Source: Candidatus Omnitrophota bacterium (GTDB lineage: Bacteria; Omnitrophota; Gorgyraeia; Zapsychrales; JANLHA01). From it: a stretch of 32,000 nt of DNA. Position 1 is the stretch's first letter, and each line of letters opens with the position of its first letter. The stretch spans positions 570,001-602,000 of the forward strand of contig OY759724.1 of assembly GCA_963662715.1 (NCBI GenBank), given 5' to 3'. Below the pieces are notes generated by a model. It did no database searches. It saw only the letters and a program-made list of their open reading frames with translations, and was not told the DNA's origin. Below are positions 19,604-29,913 of this stretch, in pieces. The position numbers were made by a program, and so were the translations under genes.

Positions 19604-19837
19604 TCAGCAACAAGCGGTCTGATCTTTTACTATTTTTTCTGCTTCCAGCCAATTTTCCTGATCCCTCCCAGGTATATGCCCGCTTTTTTCAAAAAGTTCT
19701 TGCGCGACCTTTCTTACACGTTGTTGAAATTCATCAGAATCCGTTTTTGATTGAACAAAATTTTTACTCGATAGCTTCTTTTTTTTTCCCGATTTATCCG
19801 TTGGAACTTTTTCTGTTTTTGGAGTTTTTTTAGCCAT
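19604..19837 (-). CDS. DUF2934-like small basic protein
   Basis: 77 aa. RVRKVAQELFEKSGHIPGRDQENWLEAEKIV fits the DUF2934 core (R.RAYELWE..G...G.D..DW..AE). RBS is AGGAGAGGA. The C-terminus ends in ACC. Confidence 0.65.
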   Translation of the reverse strand: MAKKTPKTEKVPTDKSGKKKKLSSKNFVQSKTDSDEFQQRVRKVAQELFEKSGHIPGRDQENWLEAEKIVKDQTACC

Positions 19838-19872
19838 TTTTATCCTCTCCTTTTGTAATCAACAATCTTTTG

Positions 19873-21790
<1,918 letters not shown>

Positions 21791-21880
21791 GTTTAATATC
21801 TCCCTTGTCTAATCTGTTGATTTCCGTTTCGGGCTTATTGTTGTATGCCCTCACGGGTATCAGTTCCTTTTCTAATTATT

Positions 21881-23755
21881 TTAGGTTGTTGGCTCTGATT
21901 TAAATTCTGCATCAATAATATCTTCATCATTTTTATTTTTGCCTTGCTCCTGTTCTTGGCTTTGACTGCCTTTTTGTGATGATGTCTGATACATCTGCTC
22001 TGCCATTTTATGGCTAGCCTTTTGAAGAGATTCCATAGCATTTTTAATCCGTGTTTCGTCTTTGGCTTCAATGGAATCCTTTAATCCTTTGATCGCAGTT
22101 TCAATGTTATTTTTATCTTCAGAGCTAACTTTATCTGAAGAATCCCTCAATGACTTTTCAGCTGCATAAACAAGACTATTTGCTTGGTTAAGAATTTCTG
22201 CTGTCTCCCGCTGTTTTTTATCTTCCTCTGCAAATTTTTCAGATTCCTTAATCATTCGGTCAATTTCATCTTTTGATAGCTTTGTTGGTGCCGTTATCGT
22301 GATTGACTGCTCTCGTCCCGTTCCTTTATCTTTAGCAGAAGCGTGGACAATGCCATCGCTATCAATATCAAATGTAACATCGATTTGCGGAATTCCCCTG
22401 GGTGCTGTTGGAATACCTGTTAAATTAAAACGGGCTAACTCTGTATTATCTTTTGACATTCCACGTTCACCCTGAAGCACCCGGATGGTTACTACAGTTT
22501 GATTATCCGCAGCAGTAGAAAATATTTCACTTTTCTTAGTAGGTATAGTCGTATTCTTTTCTATCAATTTGGTAAAAACACCACCGTCTGTTTCAATCCC
22601 TAAAGAAAGCGGCGTCACATCCAATAATAATACATCTTTCGTTTCACCCTTGATAATACCGGATTGGATAGCCGCTCCCATTGCCACACATTCCATTGGA
22701 TCAATGCCGCGTTCAATCTTTTGGCCAACTTCCTTCACGACAAACTCTTGAACAATCGGCATTCTTGTTGGACCGCCAACTAAAATAATTCTATCTATTT
22801 CTATCTTTTGCCCTATCTTGTCTGAAGCGTCTTTAATAGCTTGATGAAGAGGTGCTCGGCATCTCTCAACAATAGGGTCGACCAAAGATTCCAATTTTGC
22901 TCTTTCGATCGGCATTGTCATATGCTTTGGCCCCATTGCGTCAGCCGTAATAAAGGGCAGATTAATATCTGTCGAAATTGTACTTGATAGCTCAACCTTT
23001 GCTTTTTCGGCTGCTTCTCGAACCCTTTGTATCGCCATTTTGTCATTTTTGAGATCAATACCGGTTTCTTTTTTAAATTCACTAACAATATAGTCAATGA
23101 ATGTATTATCCATATCTGTTCCACCAAGCTGATTATCACCATGTGTTGACAAAACTTCAAATGTCGCTGCCTTACTTGTGTTATCCCACCCCATCTCAAG
23201 AATGGTAACGTCCAGGGTTCCACCACCGAAATCAAACACCATAATCTTTTGTTCTCTACCAATTTTATCAAGCCCATAAGCCAGACACGCGGCCGTCGGC
23301 TCATTGATAATTCTCAAAACTTTTAATCCAGCAATCTCTCCGGCGTCTTTGGTTGCCTGTCTCTGACTATCGTTGAAATATGCAGGTACAGTTATAACAG
23401 CTTCTTCAACAGGCTCACCAAGATATTTCTCTGCATCGGTTTTAATCTTTTGAAGAATAAATGAGCTGATTTGTTGGGGCGTATATTCCTTATCAAAGAC
23501 TTTGAATTTATCGTTTGATCCCATCTTTCGTTTTGCACCAAAAACAGTGCCTTGCGGGTTTATGGAAGCCTGTCTTTTTGCTGGCTCTCCAATTAACCGT
23601 TGTCCATCTTTTGTAAATGCCACAAAAGACGGAAAAGCCTTACCCGAAGCAACACCCGCTCCTTCAGCAGATGGGATAATTTTCGCTTGCCCACCTTCCA
23701 ATACAGCTGCTGCTGAGTTCGACGTCCCTAAATCTATTCCTATTGATTTTGCCAT
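21881..23755 (-). CDS. dnaK: Hsp70 chaperone DnaK
   Basis: 624 aa. Contains [27 protein letters not shown] and the substrate-binding domain. RBS is AAAGGGGTGAG. Confidence 0.96.
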   Translation of the reverse strand: MAKSIGIDLGTSNSAAAVLEGGQAKIIPSAEGAGVASGKAFPSFVAFTKDGQRLIGEPAKRQASINPQGTVFGAKRKMGSNDKFKVFDKEYTPQQISSFILQKIKTDAEKYLGEPVEEAVITVPAYFNDSQRQATKDAGEIAGLKVLRIINEPTAACLAYGLDKIGREQKIMVFDFGGGTLDVTILEMGWDNTSKAATFEVLSTHGDNQLGGTDMDNTFIDYIVSEFKKETGIDLKNDKMAIQRVREAAEKAKVELSSTISTDINLPFITADAMGPKHMTMPIERAKLESLVDPIVERCRAPLHQAIKDASDKIGQKIEIDRIILVGGPTRMPIVQEFVVKEVGQKIERGIDPMECVAMGAAIQSGIIKGETKDVLLLDVTPLSLGIETDGGVFTKLIEKNTTIPTKKSEIFSTAADNQTVVTIRVLQGERGMSKDNTELARFNLTGIPTAPRGIPQIDVTFDIDSDGIVHASAKDKGTGREQSITITAPTKLSKDEIDRMIKESEKFAEEDKKQRETAEILNQANSLVYAAEKSLRDSSDKVSSEDKNNIETAIKGLKDSIEAKDETRIKNAMESLQKASHKMAEQMYQTSSQKGSQSQEQEQGKNKNDEDIIDAEFKSEPTT

Positions 23756-24009
23756 GATAACTCACCCCTTTCGCTTTCAATACTTCATTAAAATTGGCAT
23801 AAGTTCTTTCTCAAAATTGCTTTTTGAAACAAATGCATCTATTTTTGCCTCCATAAATCGTTTTCTTGTCTGTCTAAGAAAAATCTCGGTTGTAAGAAAT
23901 ACTCTTACGGCCACCCCTTACGCAACCATAATAAATTTGACCGTCAACATACTGATACCTACTTATCTAATAATATTAAATAGAAATTAAACTTCTCTTC
24001 TTTCGATAG

Positions 24010-24054
24010 CATTGTAGCTCTAATCAAAAAACAAACAATTGTACCTAGGTATAA
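24010..24054 (-). promoter_or_regulatory. Candidate promoter plus upstream palindromic box for dnaK-groES-groEL
   Basis: The minus strand reads TTATACCTAGGTACAATTG-N18-CTACAATG. This gives a possible -35 TTGTTT, a 16-nt spacer and a -10 TACAAT. The palindrome TACCTAGGTA sits just upstream. The same 45-nt architecture recurs at 31011..31055. Confidence 0.45.
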
Positions 24055-24148
24055 TAGGAAAAGTTGAAGGTTAAAAGAAAAGGGGGAGGGCGATTTTACT
24101 GAAGGGGGCTAATGATTATTGCCGATTGGAAGAAACGTATCCGGCTTT

Positions 24149-24273
24149 TTAAGAGAAACGAGTGAGTTCGGTAACAGTTTTGGCCTGCATTTTCTGCATG
24201 ACCCGGCTGCGGTAAGCTTTAATCGTCTGACTAACGGTGCCGAGTTAGGGGCAAAGTTAACAGATATGGATGC
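24149..24273 (-). pseudogene. Decayed C-terminal LuxR/FixJ-type HTH fragment
   Basis: The minus strand translates to ...SIHIC*LCP*LGTVSQTIKAYRSRVMQKMQAKTVTELTRFS-stop. LG..S.T.K.YR.RVM.KM.A....EL matches the recognition helix region of FixJ/NarL-type regulators. Two in-frame TAA stops interrupt it, and no receiver domain or start codon lies upstream. Confidence 0.4.
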
Positions 24274-24999
24274 TTCAATTTTGGGGGAACAAAGAATTTA
24301 ATAATTTTCAAATATTGCCAATGTTTTTTATCTTTTTTTTTCTATTTAAAATTTGTTGTTTTCGAGCTTTGTAAGATAAATCTTTTCAATGAGTTCCAAC
24401 TCCGTTGTACGCCAGTGGGAGGTACGGTCAGCCAAATGTGCGCAGATAAATTTTTCTTGTATCTTCATTCATATCAGTTGGTTATATTTTATAGCCGAGT
24501 GTATAAGACCGTATAATGAGATAAACGGTAATGATTATCATGTAAAAATCATTCATTGTTCTCATTAATTTATTGTTTTTCTCCACGTCATTCAAAAATT
24601 TTACTCCTTGTTCCTAACTTTTCTGCGCTTCACTGCTGTAAGGGAAAATGACAACTTTTCCATTGCTTTTAGTAAAAATTAAATCATTGTTGATACTGTT
24701 AGGTTTTGTTTATTGAGTTCATGGCCCACAGCCTTTTTATTTATTATAAAAAACTCGCCGTTTCTGGCGAAGGTTTACTTTTTTAACGTCCGGGATTAAT
24801 CACTTCCAACACGGGGCAATGAATTATTTTATGCGCCCAAAACTCAGAAAAATTAAACAATTTTATCTATTCGATTTTGCTTTCTCCATTTTTCTCATTG
24901 AAACGCATTCTATTAGTCGAGTATTAGCCGAAAATATTAAAAATTAAGCCATGTGACGACTTGTGGTCACGACCATTGTCTCCCCGCGAGAGGATTTAA

Positions 25000-25239
25000 T
25001 TATTGAACGGCGCGCCTTACAGAATCCGCCACATCACGACCAGCATCTCTAATATCATCTCCTACTGTTCTCCTAAAGAGCGGCCGTTCTCCGGCAATAG
25101 CCCAAATAAGGAAAATTACCAGCAAAACTGCCAAAACACCTGTCGGCGTATATCCCCATGATTTGCTGTACGGCCAGGCAGGTAAAGCCACAACAACCAA
25201 ACCAACAATTATGAATAGCAATAAAGTTTCAGTAGACAT
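25000..25239 (-). CDS. DUF3309-like small membrane protein with charged C-terminal extension
   Basis: 79 aa. LLLFIIVGLVVVALPAWPYSKSWGYTPTGVLAVLLVIFLIW matches the DUF3309 signature (P.WPYS..WGY.P.G). RBS is AAGGAGGGA. Confidence 0.7.
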   Translation of the reverse strand: MSTETLLLFIIVGLVVVALPAWPYSKSWGYTPTGVLAVLLVIFLIWAIAGERPLFRRTVGDDIRDAGRDVADSVRRAVQ

Positions 25240-25272
25240 TAAGTCCCTCCTTTTTTTTAAAAAACTTGTGTG

Positions 25273-25710
25273 CTAGCGATAGGCCTGCATTGTTTCGATC
25301 ACCCGCTGGCTTACGTTCTCTTTTCTAAGATAAGCGATGTCATCTTCGGTTAAAGCGTAGGTAGGTTTCGCAGCCTTAATCTTGGATATGATATCATCAC
25401 TTGATACGCCCTGCTTCGTCAGATCAACGATCTGTTGCATGGTCAGCTGTCCGGTTGGCTGAACTTGAGGATCTGGGGTTGACTTTTCCATCTGTGCCCC
25501 AACAGCCGATCCGCCAGCTGCCCCTATTGCGCCGCCTATCAAAGCGCCTTCTACACCATGGCCGCTTTGATGACCAATGATGCCTCCCGCGGCCGCCCCA
25601 ACAAGTCCTCCAATGCCGGCTCCCTCACCTACCCTTGTTTTATTGCTCGCGCAACCGGAGCCAACAAATACCAGCACTAAAATAACGAATATATAGTAAT
25701 CCCTTCGCAT
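25273..25710 (-). CDS. Glycine-zipper outer-membrane-type lipoprotein
   Basis: I start it at MRRDYYIFVILVLVFVGSGCAS (ATG 25710, RBS AGGAGG), not at the longer track ORF. It has the lipobox VGSGC and Gly-zipper repeats GAGIGGLVGAAAGGIIG...GALIGGAIGAAGGSAVG. Confidence 0.75.
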   Translation of the reverse strand: MRRDYYIFVILVLVFVGSGCASNKTRVGEGAGIGGLVGAAAGGIIGHQSGHGVEGALIGGAIGAAGGSAVGAQMEKSTPDPQVQPTGQLTMQQIVDLTKQGVSSDDIISKIKAAKPTYALTEDDIAYLRKENVSQRVIETMQAYR

Positions 25711-25792
25711 ATAAAACCTCCTATTCGAAAGACACAGAGCTGGGGCATCTAACACATAATTGTGGCGCACGCCATAGCCCACGTTTTTCCCC

Positions 25793-25822
25793 AGAAAAAG
25801 TCTGATGAACACACCCCAGACT
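25793..25822 (-). terminator. Rho-independent terminator candidate after the 153-aa lipoprotein gene
   Basis: The minus strand reads AGTCTG-gggtgtgttcat-CAGACT followed by TTTTTCTGG. Confidence 0.45.
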
Positions 25823-25856
25823 CATCCAAATTGTCTAATAGGACTTCTGCGTCGTT

Positions 25857-26318
25857 TTACTTGTTTAATAAAACGATACGGGCATCTTGCATTCCAGGTA
25901 AAACCTGTGCAAAATGCTCTAGCATATCATCAGAAGATTTTAATTTAACAATTTGAACCTTACCCTGGTATAGCTTTACATCATATCCTGTTTCATTTTT
26001 AATAATTCTTTCAATGCCTGCTATACTGGTGTGCTTGGGATCAAACTTAACCTCTTTGATGTTTTCTGGTTCCAAAGAGCTCAACAATCCCCCTGGAAGA
26101 TAAATCGTTCCATTATTGAAATCAACTGCATAGGCAATGACTCCAGGGATAAGGAAGAATAATAACCCGATCCCATCCAGAACAGCAACTCCTACATCAA
26201 TTTTGCCGCTTTTTTGCCCTTTACGTTCAGGGTACAGAATGGTTCCACAACCTACTAATTGAAAAATTAAAACAGCACAAATTAGCACATGAAACGTCTT
26301 GCCTATTTTATTTTGCAT
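25857..26318 (-). CDS. Hypothetical lipoprotein with one additional hydrophobic segment
   Basis: 153 aa. The signal peptide ends in the lipobox LVGCG. A later hydrophobic stretch reads VGVAVLDGIGLLFFLIPGVIAYAV. I recognise no family. Confidence 0.6.
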   Translation of the reverse strand: MQNKIGKTFHVLICAVLIFQLVGCGTILYPERKGQKSGKIDVGVAVLDGIGLLFFLIPGVIAYAVDFNNGTIYLPGGLLSSLEPENIKEVKFDPKHTSIAGIERIIKNETGYDVKLYQGKVQIVKLKSSDDMLEHFAQVLPGMQDARIVLLNK

Positions 26319-26391
26319 AATTCCTACCTTACTCTTAATTGACTCTGTTTGTTATTGGCCTTTTCATATTTAGCGGCCGTTAATTTGTTTA

Positions 26392-27066
26392 TTACTTCTT
26401 TAACTTCCCAAGAAACCCCTCTGCCGATTTAGCAACCATATCTTTACAGCCCAGGCCTAAGGCCAGCGCAAACCCTAACCCGAATGACCCTAAAATAATG
26501 GTTATCGTTAATCGAACAATCCCTGCGCCAATTTGCAGTTGTTCTAAAGCCATGGCTATCGCAAAAACCATTATCACAACTTCAGTGATTTTGCTTAAAA
26601 GGTTGACTTGAGAGATCCCGATGTTGCTTGCGGTAGTTTTTACGATATTCTTCATTATCACAGCCGCGAACATTCCGACAATAAGAATAAATATGGCTGC
26701 GATAATATTGGGGATGAAAAGCGATATTCTCTGCAGTAAATCAGCGGCGATCGTCAACCCTACAGCATTAAGGGCAACGACAAAGGTGATCAATAAAGCT
26801 AACCAATAACAGATGCCTCCCACTAACGCTGAAAGCGGACGACTGATACCGCCTTTTGTTAAAATACCGCTCAAACCAATTTGAGTTGAAAGCTCATCCA
26901 GCTTCAATACTTTTAACAATTTTGTGACAATCGTCTTAATGATTTTAGAAATAACCCAACCGATCAAAAGAATTAAAATCACTAAGAGCGCATTAACTAC
27001 AAACTGACCCATCTGAGCAAGAACTACTTTCGCAGGCTCAACTAAGACATCACGCCAATTGTCCAT
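26392..27066 (-). CDS. Conserved-TM-helix-repeat membrane protein (mechanosensitive-channel-related)
   Basis: 224-aa polytopic protein. The repeated pattern of a helix followed by KxxxxxL...D resembles the TM_helix repeat family found at the N-termini of MscS-like proteins. RBS is AAGGAGGGGGAA. Confidence 0.6.
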   Translation of the reverse strand: MDNWRDVLVEPAKVVLAQMGQFVVNALLVILILLIGWVISKIIKTIVTKLLKVLKLDELSTQIGLSGILTKGGISRPLSALVGGICYWLALLITFVVALNAVGLTIAADLLQRISLFIPNIIAAIFILIVGMFAAVIMKNIVKTTASNIGISQVNLLSKITEVVIMVFAIAMALEQLQIGAGIVRLTITIILGSFGLGFALALGLGCKDMVAKSAEGFLGKLKK

Positions 27067-27096
27067 TTCCCCCTCCTTTTTTATATTTGTTAATCT

Positions 27097-27294
27097 TTAT
27101 TTCTCAATAAAATCTTGTGGTCTATATCGATGGAGCGAACAAACGCAATTCATGTAGCCGCACATCTCGCAAGGCAACTCTTTGTCTTTAATTTTCATTT
27201 TTTCAAAGAAGTCAACGTTTCCATTGTTATTGTTAGGCGTTAGTTCAATGGTTCCCGTTGTCTCTTCAACTCCGTATTTTCCGAGAATCTTCAT
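27097..27294 (-). CDS. 65-aa hypothetical protein with C-terminal CxxCx4CxC cluster
   Basis: I start it at MKILGKYG. That ATG overlaps the receiver gene stop (ACATGAAG, an ATGA overlap), implying translational coupling. The Cys cluster reads CEMCGYMNCVC. I recognise no family. Confidence 0.5.
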   Translation of the reverse strand: MKILGKYGVEETTGTIELTPNNNNGNVDFFEKMKIKDKELPCEMCGYMNCVCSLHRYRPQDFIEK

Positions 27295-27758
27295 GTTGCA
27301 CACTCGCTTCTCAACTCAATCAGGGCTCCTTCAGGCTGTGCAATGATTCCTGTCTCTGCTAAACACTCTTCCCTCTTCCATAGATGCCCATCATCCATTT
27401 CATTCTCGATAGCCCAGATCACATCCAGAGGATGGAATGGTTTTTTAATCCAACTTTTTATACCGCAGAAATCCAACAGCCATTTAAATTCATCCCTGAA
27501 GAACGCTGACATCGCGATGATCGGAATTTTGCTCGTTTGAAAAACCCGATTGAGCGTATCAGTAAGTTCAAATCCATTTTTTTGAGGCATTCTTAATTCG
27601 AGCAATATAACATCCGGTTTAAGCTGGGCAACGGTATCCACAACTAAAAGCGGATCGCTAACCACGATGGGGGCATAACCACCCATAGTCAAAATTTTTT
27701 CAATCTCGCCAATGAATTTCTTATCATCATCGATTACAGCTATTTTTCTATCTCGCAT
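27291..27758 (-). CDS. Stand-alone CheY-like receiver with Glu at the phospho-acceptor position (pseudo-receiver)
   Basis: 155 aa. Beta1 is KIAVIDDD. Beta3 is PDVILLELRMPQKNG, where the canonical sequence has LLD..MP. Beta4 is PIIAMSA and beta5 is IKKPF. There is no output domain. RBS is GGAGGTGG. Confidence 0.8.
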   Translation of the reverse strand: MRDRKIAVIDDDKKFIGEIEKILTMGGYAPIVVSDPLLVVDTVAQLKPDVILLELRMPQKNGFELTDTLNRVFQTSKIPIIAMSAFFRDEFKWLLDFCGIKSWIKKPFHPLDVIWAIENEMDDGHLWKREECLAETGIIAQPEGALIELRSECAT

Positions 27759-27879
27759 TTACCACCTCCGCTCTAATTGACTGTTTTTTATTTTTTAATA
27801 TCCTTGACTTTGGATATCGTGTTTCATCTTACGATAGAGCACCTTGTTTCTTTATTGAGGAACATGCCTCCGTCCTCCG

Positions 27880-29454
27880 TTATTGTATGTGCCCTACCTG
27901 CCCTTTGGCTGACTGCAATTTTTCGAAGAACCTGTCTTTCTGGAAATTCATGTTCCATTCCTTCATGATGATCCATCCCATAAAGCGAACTAAATCATTG
28001 CGCCATGGGCGATACCACTTCCGCCATCCCAGCTTAATATTAGTTAGAAAAAAGATCAGCCCGGGAAATAACAATATATTTAAGCCTATCTTGAAGAAAT
28101 ATTGGAACTGATAAAACGAAGCCATAATTTTCCTGGCTGAAAGCTGCAGCTCTTCCGCGCTTAAAGGGGCATCAGGTTCAAAAATCGGAAAATTGCCGTC
28201 ATAATATTCCCAGCCCACTTCTTGAAGAGGATAAACCCTGTTTTGTCGCTTTAATCTTTCCCGCAATTGCGTTCCCGGCAATGGGATCGGGTTTAATATT
28301 TGGATTGTATCCAGACGCGCTTTTCGAATAAATTGCCGGTAGCGCTTAACCCTCTCTTGGGCTGTCATGTTAAAGGAGACGCCTTCCGGCATGGGATACC
28401 CGAAGATGAACATCCCGTGCACTAAAAATCCATATTTGTGAAATATTTTTGTCAAAGACAGCATATCTTCAGGCTTAATATGTTTATTCATCGCTTTCAA
28501 TTCTTCGGCAATCGGGGATTCAAATCCAATGGCTACCGCGTTTATGCCTGCCTGACGCATGGCCGAAAGGAGCTCGCTGTCTTTAGCCTTATCCAATCTT
28601 ATCTGAGCCGTGAAATCCAGCCGCAGACGGATTTGTCTTTGGTAATCTCTAAGCTTATAACAAAATTGGATTGTATCATCTCTCTGCTGACCAAAAAGGT
28701 CATCAACGATAAAAAAATGCCGGGCATCCTTTGTTTCGACCAAAAGCCGGATTTGTTCCAAGAAGCGTTCAGGACATGCCGCCCGTGGTTTGCCCTTAAC
28801 GGTGCAGAACTCGCAATCCATGCCGCATCCACGGATACGCTCGACAGGATAAAGCTTTATCTTGGCATAGCGCACCAACGAGAAATTCGGCATGGGCAGT
28901 TTGTCGAAATCGCTCAAGGGTTCTCTGGGATGTGTGGTAATCAGTTCTCCATTTCTTAAAAACGCAATGCCCCTGACCTGAGTGATATCCCGTCTGCCTT
29001 CGATCCCCTCTAAAAGCTCTTTAACTGTTTCTTCGCCCTCACCGATAACAACGTAATCAATGCCGTGCGTCAGGGCTTCAAGGATATTTTCTCCCACAAA
29101 ATGCTGGCCTCCGGCGATCGTGATAACCCCCTTGCTTTTATAAAATTTTGCTAATTGATATAACCGTAAAATGGTGCTCGTTAACCCTCCATAAAACCCT
29201 ACGACATCCGCAGGCCTTTGCTGCTGTAAAAACTCGTGGTCAGCGCCGCCCTGTTTACTTTTTGGCCCATGCAGACGGAGGTTGTTTTCATCGATCATTT
29301 CCGAGTCCCAATTACCCATTTTATTAACGGCTGTTGCTACATACACGGGGCCTAATGCCGTCGTCCGAGAGGCGATATTGGAATAGATATTAAATGCGGG
29401 ATACGCCGGCGCGATAATCCTGAACCTATATCGTTTTTTTAATATATCTTTCAT
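27880..29454 (-). CDS. B12-binding-domain radical SAM enzyme (class B) with hydrophobic C-terminal segment
   Basis: 524 aa. The N-terminal cobalamin-binding-like Rossmann region reads VVGFYGGLTS...VITIAGGQH...VVIGEGEE. The radical SAM motif is RGCGMDCEFCTV (CxxxCxxC). The C-terminus contains FFKIGLNILLFPGLIFFLTNI. Confidence 0.85.
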   Translation of the reverse strand: MKDILKKRYRFRIIAPAYPAFNIYSNIASRTTALGPVYVATAVNKMGNWDSEMIDENNLRLHGPKSKQGGADHEFLQQQRPADVVGFYGGLTSTILRLYQLAKFYKSKGVITIAGGQHFVGENILEALTHGIDYVVIGEGEETVKELLEGIEGRRDITQVRGIAFLRNGELITTHPREPLSDFDKLPMPNFSLVRYAKIKLYPVERIRGCGMDCEFCTVKGKPRAACPERFLEQIRLLVETKDARHFFIVDDLFGQQRDDTIQFCYKLRDYQRQIRLRLDFTAQIRLDKAKDSELLSAMRQAGINAVAIGFESPIAEELKAMNKHIKPEDMLSLTKIFHKYGFLVHGMFIFGYPMPEGVSFNMTAQERVKRYRQFIRKARLDTIQILNPIPLPGTQLRERLKRQNRVYPLQEVGWEYYDGNFPIFEPDAPLSAEELQLSARKIMASFYQFQYFFKIGLNILLFPGLIFFLTNIKLGWRKWYRPWRNDLVRFMGWIIMKEWNMNFQKDRFFEKLQSAKGQVGHIQ

Positions 29455-29542
29455 AACTCATCTTCCTTTCAGGCTTCGCTCAAAAATAACTTTCATTTCA
29501 GATAATTTTAGATACAGATAAATCCAGACCATGTTTCCATCC

Positions 29543-29740
29543 CTATATTTGTGCATTTTTTCCCACAAAAAAGCCGATACCGAAACCTGATGCCATAACT
29601 ATCGGGATCAGGATGATCTGGGACATACCAAATTTCCAAAATAAAAAATGAAGCATGACGACATGGGTATTTTGGAGCAATAAAATTAAAAATAAAACTC
29701 CAACGATGAGAAGTGCGATTTGTTTTGGCTGCATGGCCAT
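29543..29740 (-). CDS. LapA/DUF1049-like small inner-membrane protein
   Basis: 65 aa. IALLIVGVLFLILLLQNTHVVMLHFLFWKFGMSQIILIPIVMASGFGIGFFVG matches the LapA-domain pattern (..QN...V...F.FW.......). I prefer it over the overlapping 79-aa frame. Confidence 0.65.
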   Translation of the reverse strand: MAMQPKQIALLIVGVLFLILLLQNTHVVMLHFLFWKFGMSQIILIPIVMASGFGIGFFVGKNAQI

Positions 29741-29802
29741 CTTTCACCTGCCTAGTTTCATTGATTTGATCTTAATCCCCGAACGGCCTTATTCCCGTGC
29801 TC

Positions 29803-29910
29803 TTAAAACGTTACCCCGAACAAGCGCATTAATGAACTGATGCCAATCGCCATTAAAATGATCGCGACAACCAGCACAATGACTCCCTTTTCTATACCCT
29901 TCATCTCCAT
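29803..29910 (-). CDS. Possible 35-aa single-TM peptide
   Basis: Below the track cutoff. The ATG lies 3 nt after the receiver stop, and AAGGAG lies 10 nt upstream. It translates to MEMKGIEKGVIVLVVAIILMAIGISSLMRLFGVTF. Support comes only from the RBS and hydrophobicity. Confidence 0.3.
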   Translation of the reverse strand: MEMKGIEKGVIVLVVAIILMAIGISSLMRLFGVTF

Positions 29911-29913
29911 CGG

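Noticed and set aside
19604-19615. Possible selenocysteine read-through at the TGA ending the DUF2934-like gene (...TACC-TGA-LRN-TAA)
   Set aside because: I could find no SECIS-like GC-rich hairpin in the 40 nt after the TGA. The extension would add only three residues.
21791-21880. Searched for a CIRCE/HrcA operator or a terminator between dnaK and groES
   Set aside because: There is no TTAGCACTC-N9-GAGTGCTAA-like repeat. The only structure is an imperfect CCGT-GA-GGGC...GCCC-GAA-ACGG stem with no U-run, which is insufficient to call.
24119-24301. 60-aa plus-strand ORF downstream of a plus-strand TATAAT (24048-24053)
   Set aside because: It starts at a non-ATG codon and has no convincing -35. 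It is the reverse-complement shadow of the LuxR-type HTH relic. The TATAAT is part of the conserved minus-strand box.
24580-24640. 8-codon mini-ORF (MTWRKTIN) after an AAGGAG in the gene-poor region, as a possible leader peptide
   Set aside because: The RBS spacing is long (12 nt), no downstream gene lies within 500 nt that it could regulate, and no attenuator structure is evident.
29508-29747. 79-aa ORF overlapping the LapA-like gene in another frame
   Set aside because: The 65-aa frame gives a clean LapA/DUF1049-type two-helix protein with an RBS. The 79-aa frame has no membrane or domain logic.
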